This document shows positions 46,224-57,780 of a stretch of DNA of 64,000 bases, one piece after another. The position numbers and the translations under genes are program-made. The stretch comes from Candidatus Multivoradales bacterium (lineage in GTDB: Bacteria > Acidobacteriota > Thermoanaerobaculia > Multivoradales > JAHEKO01), in NCBI GenBank assembly GCA_965223855.1, contig CBDCXM010000008.1:707528-771527 (forward strand), given 5' to 3'. Within the stretch, counting starts at the first letter, position 1. Each line of letters starts with the position of its first letter. Under the pieces are notes generated by a model, which saw nothing but the letters and a program-made list of their open reading frames with translations, ran no database searches and was not told where the DNA came from.

Positions 46224-47035
46224 GCGACCGCGGCCACGACCACGACCGCGCCCACCACGGTGCGCGCCGGCGGCGGCTCGTCGAAGAACAGCCACGCCCA
46301 CCCGGTCGCCGCGACCGTCTCGACCGGCGAGAACAAGGCGACCTCCGCAGCGGGCGCGTGGCGCGGTGCGTGGGCGAGGCCCATCCGCCCGACCGGGTTG
46401 AACACCAGGCCCATGAGCCCGGCCGCCACCCACACGCGGGTCGGGATGGCGCCGACGTCGGCGAGCGGGGCGGCGCAGACGGTCATCGTCGCCGAGCCGA
46501 GGGCGAGGGCCAACGGCCGGTCGAGGTCGGGGTGGGCCCGCCACACCAGCACCATGGCCGCGAACAGCGAAATGGCCAGGAGCGCGAGCAGGTCGCCGTC
46601 GAGGGTCGGCGCACCGAGCGAGCCGCTGACCACGATCCCGATGCCGACCGTGGTCGCGGCGATGGCGGCCACCACCCGAGGGCGGGGACGCTCGCCGAGC
46701 ACGACCCGGGCCAGGACGGCGACGACCACCGGCACCGACGCCACCATGGCGACCACGTTGGCCACCCGCGTGTGGTTGACCGCCGCGGTGAACGCCAGCT
46801 GGCTGCCGGCGCCGGCGACGGCGAGGGCGGCCAGGGGACCGCGGTCGCGCCGGACCTGCTGCGACCGGCCTCGCGTCAGGGCGTACCCGCCGAGCGAGAC
46901 GGTGGACGCTAGTCCGAAGACGAAGGCGATCGTCCACGAGTCGTCGTCGGCCTGGCGGATGAAGAAGGAGTCGGTCGACACCAGCAGCATCCCGACGGCG
47001 GCCAGCGCCCACCCGCGCGGTCGCCCGTGGAGCAC
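46172..47035 (-). CDS. DMT/EamA-family transporter
   Basis: About 10 TM helices; FTAAVNHTRVANV, VLGER, GDLLAL. Confidence 0.88.
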   Translation of the reverse strand: MLHGRPRGWALAAVGMLLVSTDSFFIRQADDDSWTIAFVFGLASTVSLGGYALTRGRSQQVRRDRGPLAALAVAGAGSQLAFTAAVNHTRVANVVAMVASVPVVVAVLARVVLGERPRPRVVAAIAATTVGIGIVVSGSLGAPTLDGDLLALLAISLFAAMVLVWRAHPDLDRPLALALGSATMTVCAAPLADVGAIPTRVWVAAGLMGLVFNPVGRMGLAHAPRHAPAAEVALFSPVETVAATGWAWLFFDEPPPARTVVGAVVVVAAVAYAVVGESRSLANQRRA

Positions 47036-47073
47036 GGGCGCCAGTCTGCCTGCGGCCGCTACCGTCTCCTGTC

Positions 47074-47799
47074 ATGGTCACCACGCGCTCCGTGCAGCTC
47101 GCCGCCCCCGACGGAGGGACGTTCTCCGCGTTCGTCGCCGTGCCCGAGGCCGGCCGCGGCCCCGGTGTGCTGGTCATCCAGGAGATCTTCGGGGTCAACG
47201 CCTACATCCGCGACGTCTGCGAGCGGCTCGCCGTCGCCGGGTTCGTCGCCCTGGCGCCCGACGTCTACTGGCGCATCCAGCCCGGCACCGAGTTCGACTC
47301 CTCCGATCCGGCCAGCCTGGGCCCGGCGATGGAGGTCACCGGGAAGTGGGACGCGGAGGCCGGCCTCGGCGACCTCGGCGCCGCGCTCGACCAGCTCGGG
47401 GCCCTGCCCGAGGTGCAGGGTGGATGCGGGGTCATCGGGTTCTGCTTCGGCGGGACCCAGACCTTCCGCATCGCCGCCGACTTCGACCCGGTGTGCGCGG
47501 TCTCCTACTACGGCTCGGGCGTCGCCGGCCTGCTCGGCGACGTCGAGGCGATCGCCTGCCCCACCCTGTTCCACTTCGGCGGCGACGACCCGTACCTGCC
47601 CCTGGCCGATGCCGAGGCGGTCGCCGCGGCCGCCGCCGGCCGCGACCATCTCACCGTGCGGATCCACGCCGGCGCCGGCCACGCCTTCGACAACCACCTC
47701 GCGCCCCACTTCTCCCAGCCAGCGACCGCGGTGCGGGCCTGGACCGAGACGCTCGCCTTCCTGTTCGCCCATCTCGGCGTCCCGGGCGCGACGGGCTGA
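47074..47799 (+). CDS. Dienelactone hydrolase family protein
   Basis: VIQEIFGVN, GFCFGG nucleophile, DD, AGHAF. Confidence 0.95.
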   Translation: MVTTRSVQLAAPDGGTFSAFVAVPEAGRGPGVLVIQEIFGVNAYIRDVCERLAVAGFVALAPDVYWRIQPGTEFDSSDPASLGPAMEVTGKWDAEAGLGDLGAALDQLGALPEVQGGCGVIGFCFGGTQTFRIAADFDPVCAVSYYGSGVAGLLGDVEAIACPTLFHFGGDDPYLPLADAEAVAAAAAGRDHLTVRIHAGAGHAFDNHLAPHFSQPATAVRAWTETLAFLFAHLGVPGATG

Positions 47800-47805
47800 C
47801 CGCCG

Positions 47806-48168
47806 ATGTCCGCCCCGATCGTGCTCGAGCGCTACCTGGCTGCCCACGCGGCGGCCGACACGATGGCCGTCGTCGGCCTGTTCTCGCCCGGGGCGACGCT
47901 GGAGGACCCGGTCGGCGCCGCGCCCCATGTGGGCATCGACGCCATCCGCTCCTTCTTCCGCTCCGCCCACGAGCGCCAGGGTCGACTGCGCCTCGATCCG
48001 GTCGGGCCGGTCATCGTGGGCGGCGACGAGGCCGCGGTCCACGTGCGGGCGTCGGGCGCCGACGCGGACCCCGACGAGGGGCCGGTGTTCGACGTCATCT
48101 ACGTGCTGACCGTCGACCCGCAGCGGCGGATCAAGCGCCTCCGGGCGTTCTTCGACCTCGGCGCCTGA
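47806..48168 (+). CDS. NTF2/ketosteroid-isomerase-like protein
   Basis: LFSPGATLEDPVG..PHVG.DAIRSFF; IKRLRAFF. Confidence 0.85.
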   Translation: MSAPIVLERYLAAHAAADTMAVVGLFSPGATLEDPVGAAPHVGIDAIRSFFRSAHERQGRLRLDPVGPVIVGGDEAAVHVRASGADADPDEGPVFDVIYVLTVDPQRRIKRLRAFFDLGA

Positions 48169-48180
48169 CCGGCGCGACCG

Positions 48181-50418
<2,238 letters not shown>

Positions 50419-50500
50419 CGGGTCGCACACTACCCACCCTCCGACCGGTCGGCGAAGGAGCCTCCCCGATCCGAGGGCGGTTCCCGCCGGACGCGCGAGG

Positions 50501-51592
50501 ATGCCGGGCATGGACTCAGCCGCCTCGCCGCTCGACGACATCCGCGTGCTCGATCTCACGACGTTCTTGTCGGGACCGGTCGCCGCGATGGCCCTGTTGC
50601 AGCTCGGCGCCGACGTGGTGAAGGTCGAGCCGCCCACCGGCGACGTGACCCGTGGCGGGCCCGACGCCCCGCTCAGCCCGTTCTACTGGGCGCTGCACCG
50701 GGGGCGCCGTGGCCTCGTGCTCGACCTGAAGTCCGATGCCGGGCGTGAGACCCTGCTCGAGCTCGTCGCCGCGTCCGACGTGCTCGTCGAGAACTTCCGC
50801 CCGGGCGTGATGGATCGCCTGGGCCTGGGCTGGGAGCGGCTGAGCGCGGCCAACCCCCGGCTGATCGTCGGGTCGATCACCGGGTACGGGCCGGCCGGGC
50901 CGATGGCCGACGCCCCGGCCATCGACGGCGTCGTCCAGGCGTTCACCGGGGCCTTCGGACTCCCCGAGGTCTACGGGCTCGATCCCGCCCCCGTGCCGAT
51001 GACGATCGCCGACCTCGCCGCGGGGTCGATCACCGCCCAGGGGATCCTCGCCGCCCTGTACACGCGCGAGCGCAGCGGCGTCGGCACACGCATCGAGGTC
51101 AGCCTCATCGACGCCATCCTCCCGTGGCTCTGCGCGAGCGACTGGGTCGGGTCCTTGCGATGGCCGGGCACGATCGTCGCCGAGGGCAGCGACGGGCTCC
51201 GGTTCGTCGTCCAGGTGCCCAGCCACTTCCGGGCCCGGCTCGGCAACCTCGTCGGCATCGACTACGAGCCGACCGACGATTGGGGCAACGCGGTCAGGGC
51301 GGTGATGGCGAGCCGCAGCCGCGACGAATGGCTTGCCACCCTGGCGGCCGAGGGCATACCCGCGGCGCCGGTGCAGACGTTGGACGAGGCGCTCGCCCAT
51401 CCGTCGACGGCCACGGTCGAGGTCGAGGGCCGGGTGGTCGCCGACTCGCCCTTCGTGATCGACGGTGCCCGCCGCCCGCTCGACGGGCCGCCACCGACGC
51501 TCGGCGAGCACTCCGAGGCCGTGTTGCGCGATCTGCTCGGCGACGACGACGAGGCGCTCGAGCGTCGCCGCGCCGCGGGCGCGTTCGGCTGA
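50501..51592 (+). CDS. Family III CoA transferase (CaiB/BaiF)
   Basis: [42 protein letters not shown]. Confidence 0.93.
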   Translation: MPGMDSAASPLDDIRVLDLTTFLSGPVAAMALLQLGADVVKVEPPTGDVTRGGPDAPLSPFYWALHRGRRGLVLDLKSDAGRETLLELVAASDVLVENFRPGVMDRLGLGWERLSAANPRLIVGSITGYGPAGPMADAPAIDGVVQAFTGAFGLPEVYGLDPAPVPMTIADLAAGSITAQGILAALYTRERSGVGTRIEVSLIDAILPWLCASDWVGSLRWPGTIVAEGSDGLRFVVQVPSHFRARLGNLVGIDYEPTDDWGNAVRAVMASRSRDEWLATLAAEGIPAAPVQTLDEALAHPSTATVEVEGRVVADSPFVIDGARRPLDGPPPTLGEHSEAVLRDLLGDDDEALERRRAAGAFG

Positions 51593-51668
51593 CGGCGCCG
51601 ACCGGCCGGCGGCTGGCCGGTTCCGGTCCGCCCCGGTACTGTCCACGCCCGACCGAGAGGGGACGATC

Positions 51669-52487
51669 ATGGCGAAGACGGGGCTGGGACTCGAAGGCAA
51701 GAACGCGCTGGTGATCGGCGCCGGGTCGGGCATCGGCGAGGCGACGGCCATGTTGCTGGCCCGCTCGGGCGCGAACGTCGCGGCGGGCGACCTCGACCCG
51801 GCGGCCGCCGATCGGGTCGCTGCGGCGGTCGCTGAGCTGGGCGTGACCGGGGTGGGCGTGTCGGGCAACGTCACGGTCGAGGCCGATGCGGTCAAGGTGG
51901 TCGACGACGCCATCGCCGGCCTCGGTGGTCTCGACATCGTCGTCAACATCGTCGGCTTCGCCGGGTGGGCGACGCTGATGGAGATGGACGACGCGATGTG
52001 GCAGCTCGACCTCAGCCGCAACCTCACCCATCACCTGTACGTGTCGCGCGCCGCGGCCCGGCGCTGGATCGAGGCCGGCACGCCGGGCAACATCGCCTGC
52101 GTCGCGTCGGTCAGCGGCATGTACGGTGCGCCGAACCACGCGGCCTACGGAGCGGCCAAGGCCGGGCTGATCGACCTGGTCCGCACGATGTGCCACGAGT
52201 GGGGCCCCCACGGGATCCGGGTCAACGCGGTGGCGCCCGACATGATCGCCACGCCGCGGGTCCTCGCCGCTCAGGCCGAGGCCGGTACCCACCCCGACGA
52301 GGGCGCGGTCGCCGATGGCGCCCCGCTGGGCCGGGCCGGGGTCCCCGACGAGATCGCCGGGCCGCTCGTGTTCCTCGTGTCGGACCTGTCGAGCTTCATG
52401 AGCGGTCAGACCCTCGTGGTCGACGGCGGCATGATGGCCGCCTTCCCCCACCTGAAGGGCACCACGCTCATGCCCAACAGCGACTGA
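51669..52487 (+). CDS. SDR oxidoreductase
   Basis: IGAGSGIG, YGAAK, GIRVNAVAP, VDGG. Confidence 0.93.
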   Translation: MAKTGLGLEGKNALVIGAGSGIGEATAMLLARSGANVAAGDLDPAAADRVAAAVAELGVTGVGVSGNVTVEADAVKVVDDAIAGLGGLDIVVNIVGFAGWATLMEMDDAMWQLDLSRNLTHHLYVSRAAARRWIEAGTPGNIACVASVSGMYGAPNHAAYGAAKAGLIDLVRTMCHEWGPHGIRVNAVAPDMIATPRVLAAQAEAGTHPDEGAVADGAPLGRAGVPDEIAGPLVFLVSDLSSFMSGQTLVVDGGMMAAFPHLKGTTLMPNSD

Positions 52488-52494
52488 CCCGCCC

Positions 52495-52556
52495 CGTGCT
52501 GTCCGACACCACGACCGTGTGGACAGTCATGCGGGCGCGTGGTGTCTGACACCACG
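52495..52556. repeat. Pair of REP-like palindromes
   Basis: Perfect CGTGGTGTC-T-GACACCACG at 52538-52556 and variant CGTGCTGTC-C-GACACCACG at 52495-52513, between convergent genes. Confidence 0.8.
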
Positions 52557-52557
52557 G

Positions 52558-52857
52558 TCAGGGGAGGGCGACGTCGATCTGGAAGGGGGCCGTGTCGCCG
52601 ATGTCGATGCCGGCGCGGGTGCGGATCGCCTTCTTCACGGGGAGCAGGTAGCTCCCCGACGCCTTGTCGGGGAACACCGACGTGGCCCACTCGACCGACC
52701 CGACCCGGACCGTCACCCGCACCGAGCCGAACCCCGTACGGGGCAGGTCGATATCGCGGATCTCGTCGGCGACCTCGATCGGGAGGGTGACGAACACCCA
52801 GGCCGCCTCGCCGGTCCACTCGAACAGCTCGGCGGTGAAGTCGAAGGTCGCCTCCAT
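52558..52857 (-). CDS. DUF1905-like protein
   Basis: WVFVTLP, GFGSVRV.V..G...W.TSVFP, YLLPVKKAIR. Confidence 0.85.
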   Translation of the reverse strand: MEATFDFTAELFEWTGEAAWVFVTLPIEVADEIRDIDLPRTGFGSVRVTVRVGSVEWATSVFPDKASGSYLLPVKKAIRTRAGIDIGDTAPFQIDVALP

Positions 52858-52876
52858 CGCGGGTGGATGCGCGGCC

Positions 52877-54040
52877 TCAGCCGAACGCGACGTGCAGGTG
52901 CTTCATCCCGTTGATGAAGTTCGACCGAGCCTTCTCGGGCGGGGCGGTGAGCCGCATGGTCGAGAGGTGGGGCCGCAGCGCGTCGAGCGTGGCCGCCGCC
53001 TCGAGACGGGCCAGGTGGGCGCCGAGGCAGAAGTGGGGCCCACCGCCGCCGAGGGCGGTGTGGTGGTTCGGCTCGCGCCCCAGGTCGAGCCGGTCGGCAT
53101 GGTCGAAGGCGGCGGGGTCGCGATTCGCGGCGACCATCCACAGCGTCACCCGGTCGCCCTCGCGGATGTGCTGGCCCGCGACCTCGACGTCGCGGGTCGG
53201 CCAGCGCGAGTGGTGCATCACCGGCGTGACCCAGCGCAGCAGCTCCTCGACGACGGTCGCCGTCGCCACCTCGCCGTCGACGAAGCGGCGCAGCTCGTCG
53301 GGATGGTCGACCAGGTCGGCGAAGGCGTTGCCGAGCAGGTTACGGGTCGTCTCGGTCCCGCCGAGCAGGTAGTTGAGCCCGAAGCCCCGCAGGTCCTCCT
53401 CGGAGAGGGGATGGCCGTCCTGGTCGACCGCGAGCAGCTGGGAGAACAGGTCGTCGCCCGGGTCGCGCCGCCGGGCCTCGAACTGCTCGCCGAGGAACTC
53501 GCTCAGCTCGACCTGGGCGTCGAGCGCCGCGTCGGGCGTCGGGCGGTACTCCGGGTCGGTGTTGGGCGCGATGGCGTGGCCCCAGGCCATGACGTCGGCC
53601 TCGGCCGAGCGGGGCACGCCGGTCAGGTCGGCCATCACCCGGAACGGGATGGACGCGGCCACCGCGGGGATGGCGTCGCCGCCGCCGGCCGCGACGAACT
53701 CGGCGACCGCGTCTTCGGCGATCGCCCGCACATGGTCGGCGATGGCGCCGATCGCCCGGGGCACGAACGAGCGGATCACCATGCGCCGATACTCGGTGTG
53801 CACCGGCGGATCCATCGCCAGCAGCACCTCGGGGTTGACGTGGGCGCCCGCGGGGATGATGCCGCCCTCGCTGGAGTAGGTCTCCCAGTCGCGGTTCATG
53901 CGCTCGACGAGCTCGTGGGTGGTGACCACCCAGCACTCGCCCCCGGGCCACCACCACACCGGGGCCTCGGCACGGAGGCGGGCCAGGTCGTCGTGGGGCA
54001 CCCCTCGACCGAACCGCTCGTCGCTCAGGTCGATGTCCAT
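52877..54040 (-). CDS. Cytochrome P450
   Basis: MDPP.H..YR, GGTETT I-helix, EELLRW, GPHFCLG heme ligand. Confidence 0.96.
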   Translation of the reverse strand: MDIDLSDERFGRGVPHDDLARLRAEAPVWWWPGGECWVVTTHELVERMNRDWETYSSEGGIIPAGAHVNPEVLLAMDPPVHTEYRRMVIRSFVPRAIGAIADHVRAIAEDAVAEFVAAGGGDAIPAVAASIPFRVMADLTGVPRSAEADVMAWGHAIAPNTDPEYRPTPDAALDAQVELSEFLGEQFEARRRDPGDDLFSQLLAVDQDGHPLSEEDLRGFGLNYLLGGTETTRNLLGNAFADLVDHPDELRRFVDGEVATATVVEELLRWVTPVMHHSRWPTRDVEVAGQHIREGDRVTLWMVAANRDPAAFDHADRLDLGREPNHHTALGGGGPHFCLGAHLARLEAAATLDALRPHLSTMRLTAPPEKARSNFINGMKHLHVAFG

Positions 54041-54101
54041 GGCCGGACCCTACCCGGGCGGCCCGGGCGCGGTCGGATGCGCGGCGTGCGATGCTGAGCG
54101 G

Positions 54102-54614
54102 GTGTTCGGAGGCGCGAAGAAGCCCATCGCAGCGATCGTCGAGGCCGAGGGTTTGGTCGAGACCGCAGAGTCGCGCGGGCCTCGGCACTTCGTGGCGACG
54201 ACGGTGCGCGACGGTGTCGAGGTCACCGTCGAGATCCGCTCCCAACAGCTCTTTCGGCAGGGCGAACCGGTCGACCGCTCGCCCCAGCGGGTCTTCCGGT
54301 GTCGAGGTCTGTCGCCGGCCGTCGACCTGTCGGTGTTGGCGCCGCCCGGCCACAGCACCCGCTCCGATCCGGCCCGAGGCGCCCCGGTGGCGACCGGCGA
54401 CGGTGCGTTCGACGACCGTTTCGAGGTCCGCTCGCTCCGCGCCGGAGATGTCGCCGACCTGCTCACCGACGACATCCGGTCGCGGCTGCTCGCGCTCGAC
54501 GATGTCGCAGAGCTGCGCGTCGACGGAGGCCAGGCATCGCTGCACCTGACGTTCACGAAGCTCGACCACGAGCCGATCGCTCGCTCGATCGAGCTCGTCG
54601 CCGGGCTCGCCTGA
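54102..54614 (+). CDS. Hypothetical protein
   Basis: Fills the gap between P450 and BVMO with GC3-biased codons; TGDGAFDDRFEV motif; start uncertain. Confidence 0.5.
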   Translation: MFGGAKKPIAAIVEAEGLVETAESRGPRHFVATTVRDGVEVTVEIRSQQLFRQGEPVDRSPQRVFRCRGLSPAVDLSVLAPPGHSTRSDPARGAPVATGDGAFDDRFEVRSLRAGDVADLLTDDIRSRLLALDDVAELRVDGGQASLHLTFTKLDHEPIARSIELVAGLA

Positions 54615-54678
54615 TCGGCCCTCACCGCGCGACCCGGGCGACTGGCACCGCGGCGTCGGTGTCGGCGAACCTGAGTCG

Positions 54679-56628
54679 ATGACCGACACCCCCCGCAACC
54701 CCCACGCCGGCCTGCCCTTCGACGACGACGACGCCGCCATCGCCGCCGCCCTCGACGAGGTCAGCGTCCCCGCCCTGTTGTGCTCGCTCGTGCACCTCAC
54801 CGGTGACCCGTCGTGGATCCGCGGCGAGCTCCGGCCGCAGGGGGCGATGATCAACGAGTACCAGGGGTACATGCCCCCGGAGATGCTGGCCGAGGCCCGC
54901 CGCCGCGCTCTGCCCGCCATCGCCGCCTACCGCGACGCCGGCTGCCCCGGGCCTGCGGTCCTCCCGCCGGAGCTGGTCCACGAGATGATGTCGTTCCTGG
55001 CCTGCGCACCGGTCGACGAGCGCGTGGTGCCCCTGTTCGTCGAGGACCTGCACCTCGACGGCGCCGACGCCGGCGCGATCACCTGGGGCGACGAGATCCC
55101 CGCCGAGGTCCGGGAGTCGGCCCACGTCGTGGTCATCGGCTGCGGCGAGTCGGGCCTGCTCGCGGGCATTCGCCTGAAACAGGCCGGGATCCCGTTCACG
55201 ATCGTCGAGAAGAACGCGGGGCCAGGCGGCACCTGGTGGGACAACCACTACCCCGGCGCCCGCGTCGACATCGGCAGCCACTTCTACTGCTACTCGTTCG
55301 AGCCGGCCGATCACTGGACCGAGTACTTCGCCCGCCAGCCCGAGCTGAAGGCCTACTTCGAGCGGGTGATGCACAAGTACGGCATCGAGGCGCACTGCCG
55401 CTTCGAGACCGAGGTGCTCGGCGCGGTCTTCGACGACGCGAGCGGCCGGTGGACGGTCGAGGTCCGTGACCGTGACGGCCGCACCGAGTCGCTCGACGCC
55501 TTCGCCGTCGTCTCGGCGGTCGGCGCGCTCAACCAGCCGAAGCTGCCCGACATCGAGGGCATGGACGACTTCGAGGGCCCGTCGTTCCACTCGGCACGCT
55601 GGGACGAGTCGGTCGACATCACCGGCACCCGATTCGCCCTCGTCGGCGCCGGCGCCAGCGGCTTCCAGATCGGCCCGGCGATCGCCGACCAGGTCACCCA
55701 CCTGACGGTGTTCCAGCGAACCGCCCAGTGGATGTTCCCGAACATGAAGTACCACGACCCCGTCCCGGCCGGCGACAAGTGGGCCATGCGCCACCTGCCC
55801 TTCTACGGGCGCTGGTTCCGGTTCCTCACCTTCTACCCGGCGGCGGGGCTGAGCATGGCGGGCAACCGGGTGGACCCGAGCTGGGACGACCCCGACGGCC
55901 TGTCGATCAGCGAGGCCAGCCTCGGTCGGCGCGGCGTGCTCAGCGAGTGGATCCGCAGCCAGGTCGGCGACGACGAGGAGCTGTTCGAGAAGATGCTCCC
56001 GGACTATCCGACGGCCGCCAAGCGCATGCTGCAGGACAATGGCTCGTGGATCCGCTGCCTCACCCGCGACGACGTCGAGCTGGTCCGCACCGGCATCGAG
56101 CGGGTGGTCGCCGACGGGATCGTCACCGTCGACGGGACCCATCACCCCGCCGACGTGATCTGCTACGCCACGGGATTCCGTCACAACGACTTCCTGTGGC
56201 CGCTCCACATCGTCGGCCAGAGCGGGGTGACCCTGCGCGACCGCTGGGGCGACGAGCCGACCGCCTACCTCGGCGTCACCGTGCCCGACTTCCCCAACCT
56301 GTTCTGCCTCTACGGCCCGGGGACGAACCTGGCCCATGGGGCGAGCCTGATCTTCCAGTCCGAATGCCAGGTCGACTACGTGATGAGCGCCCTGCGTTCG
56401 TTGCTCGTCGGCGGCCACCGCACCCTCGAGCCCCGCGTCGACCGCCACGACGAGTACGTCGAGCGCTACTCGTCGGAGATCTCCCAGATGGTGTGGGCCC
56501 ACTGGTCGGTGCGCCACTCGCACTTCAAGAACGCCGACGGGAAGGTCTTCACCCTGTCGCCGTGGCCGATCCCGATGTACTGGGAGTGGATGAAGAACTT
56601 CGAGCCCGACGACTACGTGTACGCCTGA
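54679..56628 (+). CDS. Baeyer-Villiger monooxygenase (4-hydroxyacetophenone monooxygenase-like)
   Basis: GCGESG, GGTWWDNHYPGARVD, FEGPSFHSARW fingerprint, GAGASG, ATGF; N-terminal extension. Confidence 0.93.
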   Translation: MTDTPRNPHAGLPFDDDDAAIAAALDEVSVPALLCSLVHLTGDPSWIRGELRPQGAMINEYQGYMPPEMLAEARRRALPAIAAYRDAGCPGPAVLPPELVHEMMSFLACAPVDERVVPLFVEDLHLDGADAGAITWGDEIPAEVRESAHVVVIGCGESGLLAGIRLKQAGIPFTIVEKNAGPGGTWWDNHYPGARVDIGSHFYCYSFEPADHWTEYFARQPELKAYFERVMHKYGIEAHCRFETEVLGAVFDDASGRWTVEVRDRDGRTESLDAFAVVSAVGALNQPKLPDIEGMDDFEGPSFHSARWDESVDITGTRFALVGAGASGFQIGPAIADQVTHLTVFQRTAQWMFPNMKYHDPVPAGDKWAMRHLPFYGRWFRFLTFYPAAGLSMAGNRVDPSWDDPDGLSISEASLGRRGVLSEWIRSQVGDDEELFEKMLPDYPTAAKRMLQDNGSWIRCLTRDDVELVRTGIERVVADGIVTVDGTHHPADVICYATGFRHNDFLWPLHIVGQSGVTLRDRWGDEPTAYLGVTVPDFPNLFCLYGPGTNLAHGASLIFQSECQVDYVMSALRSLLVGGHRTLEPRVDRHDEYVERYSSEISQMVWAHWSVRHSHFKNADGKVFTLSPWPIPMYWEWMKNFEPDDYVYA

Positions 56629-56634
56629 ACCATC

Positions 56635-56672
56635 TTGACAGTTGACCTGTCGGATTGACAGGTATATTGTCA
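56635..56672 (+). promoter_or_regulatory. Leaderless sigma70-type promoter overlapped by two palindromic operators
   Basis: TTGACC (56642-47), 17 nt, TATTGT (56665-70), ATG at 56678; GACAG-N5-CTGTC and TGACA-N7-TGTCA. Confidence 0.7.
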
Positions 56673-56677
56673 GTCGT

Positions 56678-57109
56678 ATGGAGCCCATCGAGACCGTCGT
56701 CGACGAGGTTCGCCTGCTGTTTCACCGGCTGGCCGCGGTCGCCGACGACCTGCACGCACAGTCCGTTCTCACCGCGGCCCAGCGCGGCGTGTTGGAGCAC
56801 CTCCTGCGCAACGGCCCGACCACGGTGCCCGACATCGCCCGCGCCCGCGGCGTCACCCGCCAGCACATCCAGGTGCTGGTCAACGATCTGCTCGCTGGCG
56901 AGCGGGTCGCCACCGTCGCCAACCCGGCCCACCGCCGGTCACCGCTCGTCGAGCTGATGCCCGACGGTCGGGCGGTCATCCTGGCCGCGCTCGCTCGCGA
57001 GGAGCAGCTCGTCGACGAACGCCTCGGCGATGTCGATCCCGGCGAGCTGGAGACGACCATCCGCACCCTGCGCCTCCTGCGCAGCCGCCTCGAAGGGAGC
57101 CCGACGTGA
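56678..57109 (+). CDS. MarR-family transcriptional regulator
   Basis: GPTTVPDIARARGVTRQHIQ, NPAHRRSPLV winged HTH. Confidence 0.92.
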   Translation: MEPIETVVDEVRLLFHRLAAVADDLHAQSVLTAAQRGVLEHLLRNGPTTVPDIARARGVTRQHIQVLVNDLLAGERVATVANPAHRRSPLVELMPDGRAVILAALAREEQLVDERLGDVDPGELETTIRTLRLLRSRLEGSPT

Positions 57110-57720
57110 ACGTCTTGACCCGTCACGCCTACGACCAGTTCCGCCTTCCCCGCGGTCCGCTCGGCCACCTGGCCGGACGCATCATGTCGCGCCGCGAGTC
57201 GAACCTGGCCCGGAGCCGATGGACCGTCGACCTGCTCGACCTGGCGCCCGGCGACCGGGTGCTCGAAGTCGGCTTCGGCCCTGGCATCGGTCTGGCCGCA
57301 GCGCTCGCCGCCGTACCCGACGGCGAGGTCGTCGGCATCGACCACTCGGACCAGATGCGGCGGGCGGCGGCCCGGCGCAACGCGGCGGCGGTCGCGGCCG
57401 GCCGGCTCGTCCTGCACGTCGGCGACGTCGAGCGCGCCGACCTCGGCGACGCCCGATTCGACGCCATCTTCTCGTGCAACGTGTGGATGTTCTGGCGGTC
57501 GCCGGTCGACACCGTCCGGCGCCTCGCCGCGCTCTTGGTGCCCGGAGGTGTCCTCGCGGTCACCCACATGCCGCGCCACAGCGCCACGGCCGACAGCGAC
57601 GCCGATCGGGCCGGCGAGACGCTCGTCGAGCAGTTCACCGCCGCCGGGACGACCGGGGTCCGCCGCGAACGCACGACGGTCGCGGGCGACCCTGCCGTCT
57701 GCGTCCTCGGGCTGCGATGA
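57106..57720 (+). CDS. Class I SAM-dependent methyltransferase
   Basis: QFRLPRGPLG, VLEVGFGPG, GIDHS; GTGA overlap with MarR. Confidence 0.92.
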   Translation: MNVLTRHAYDQFRLPRGPLGHLAGRIMSRRESNLARSRWTVDLLDLAPGDRVLEVGFGPGIGLAAALAAVPDGEVVGIDHSDQMRRAAARRNAAAVAAGRLVLHVGDVERADLGDARFDAIFSCNVWMFWRSPVDTVRRLAALLVPGGVLAVTHMPRHSATADSDADRAGETLVEQFTAAGTTGVRRERTTVAGDPAVCVLGLR

Positions 57721-57780
57721 TGGCAGCGGCGGGACGTTGGACCCTGGGCCGTGATCGTCGTCGAGCGCGACGATCGGCCG

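Noticed and set aside
43734-47198. 1154-aa ORF as a giant SDR fusion
   Set aside because: Only 43734-44510 is SDR, with its own RBS; the rest is shadow frame over the amidohydrolase, GNAT and DMT genes.
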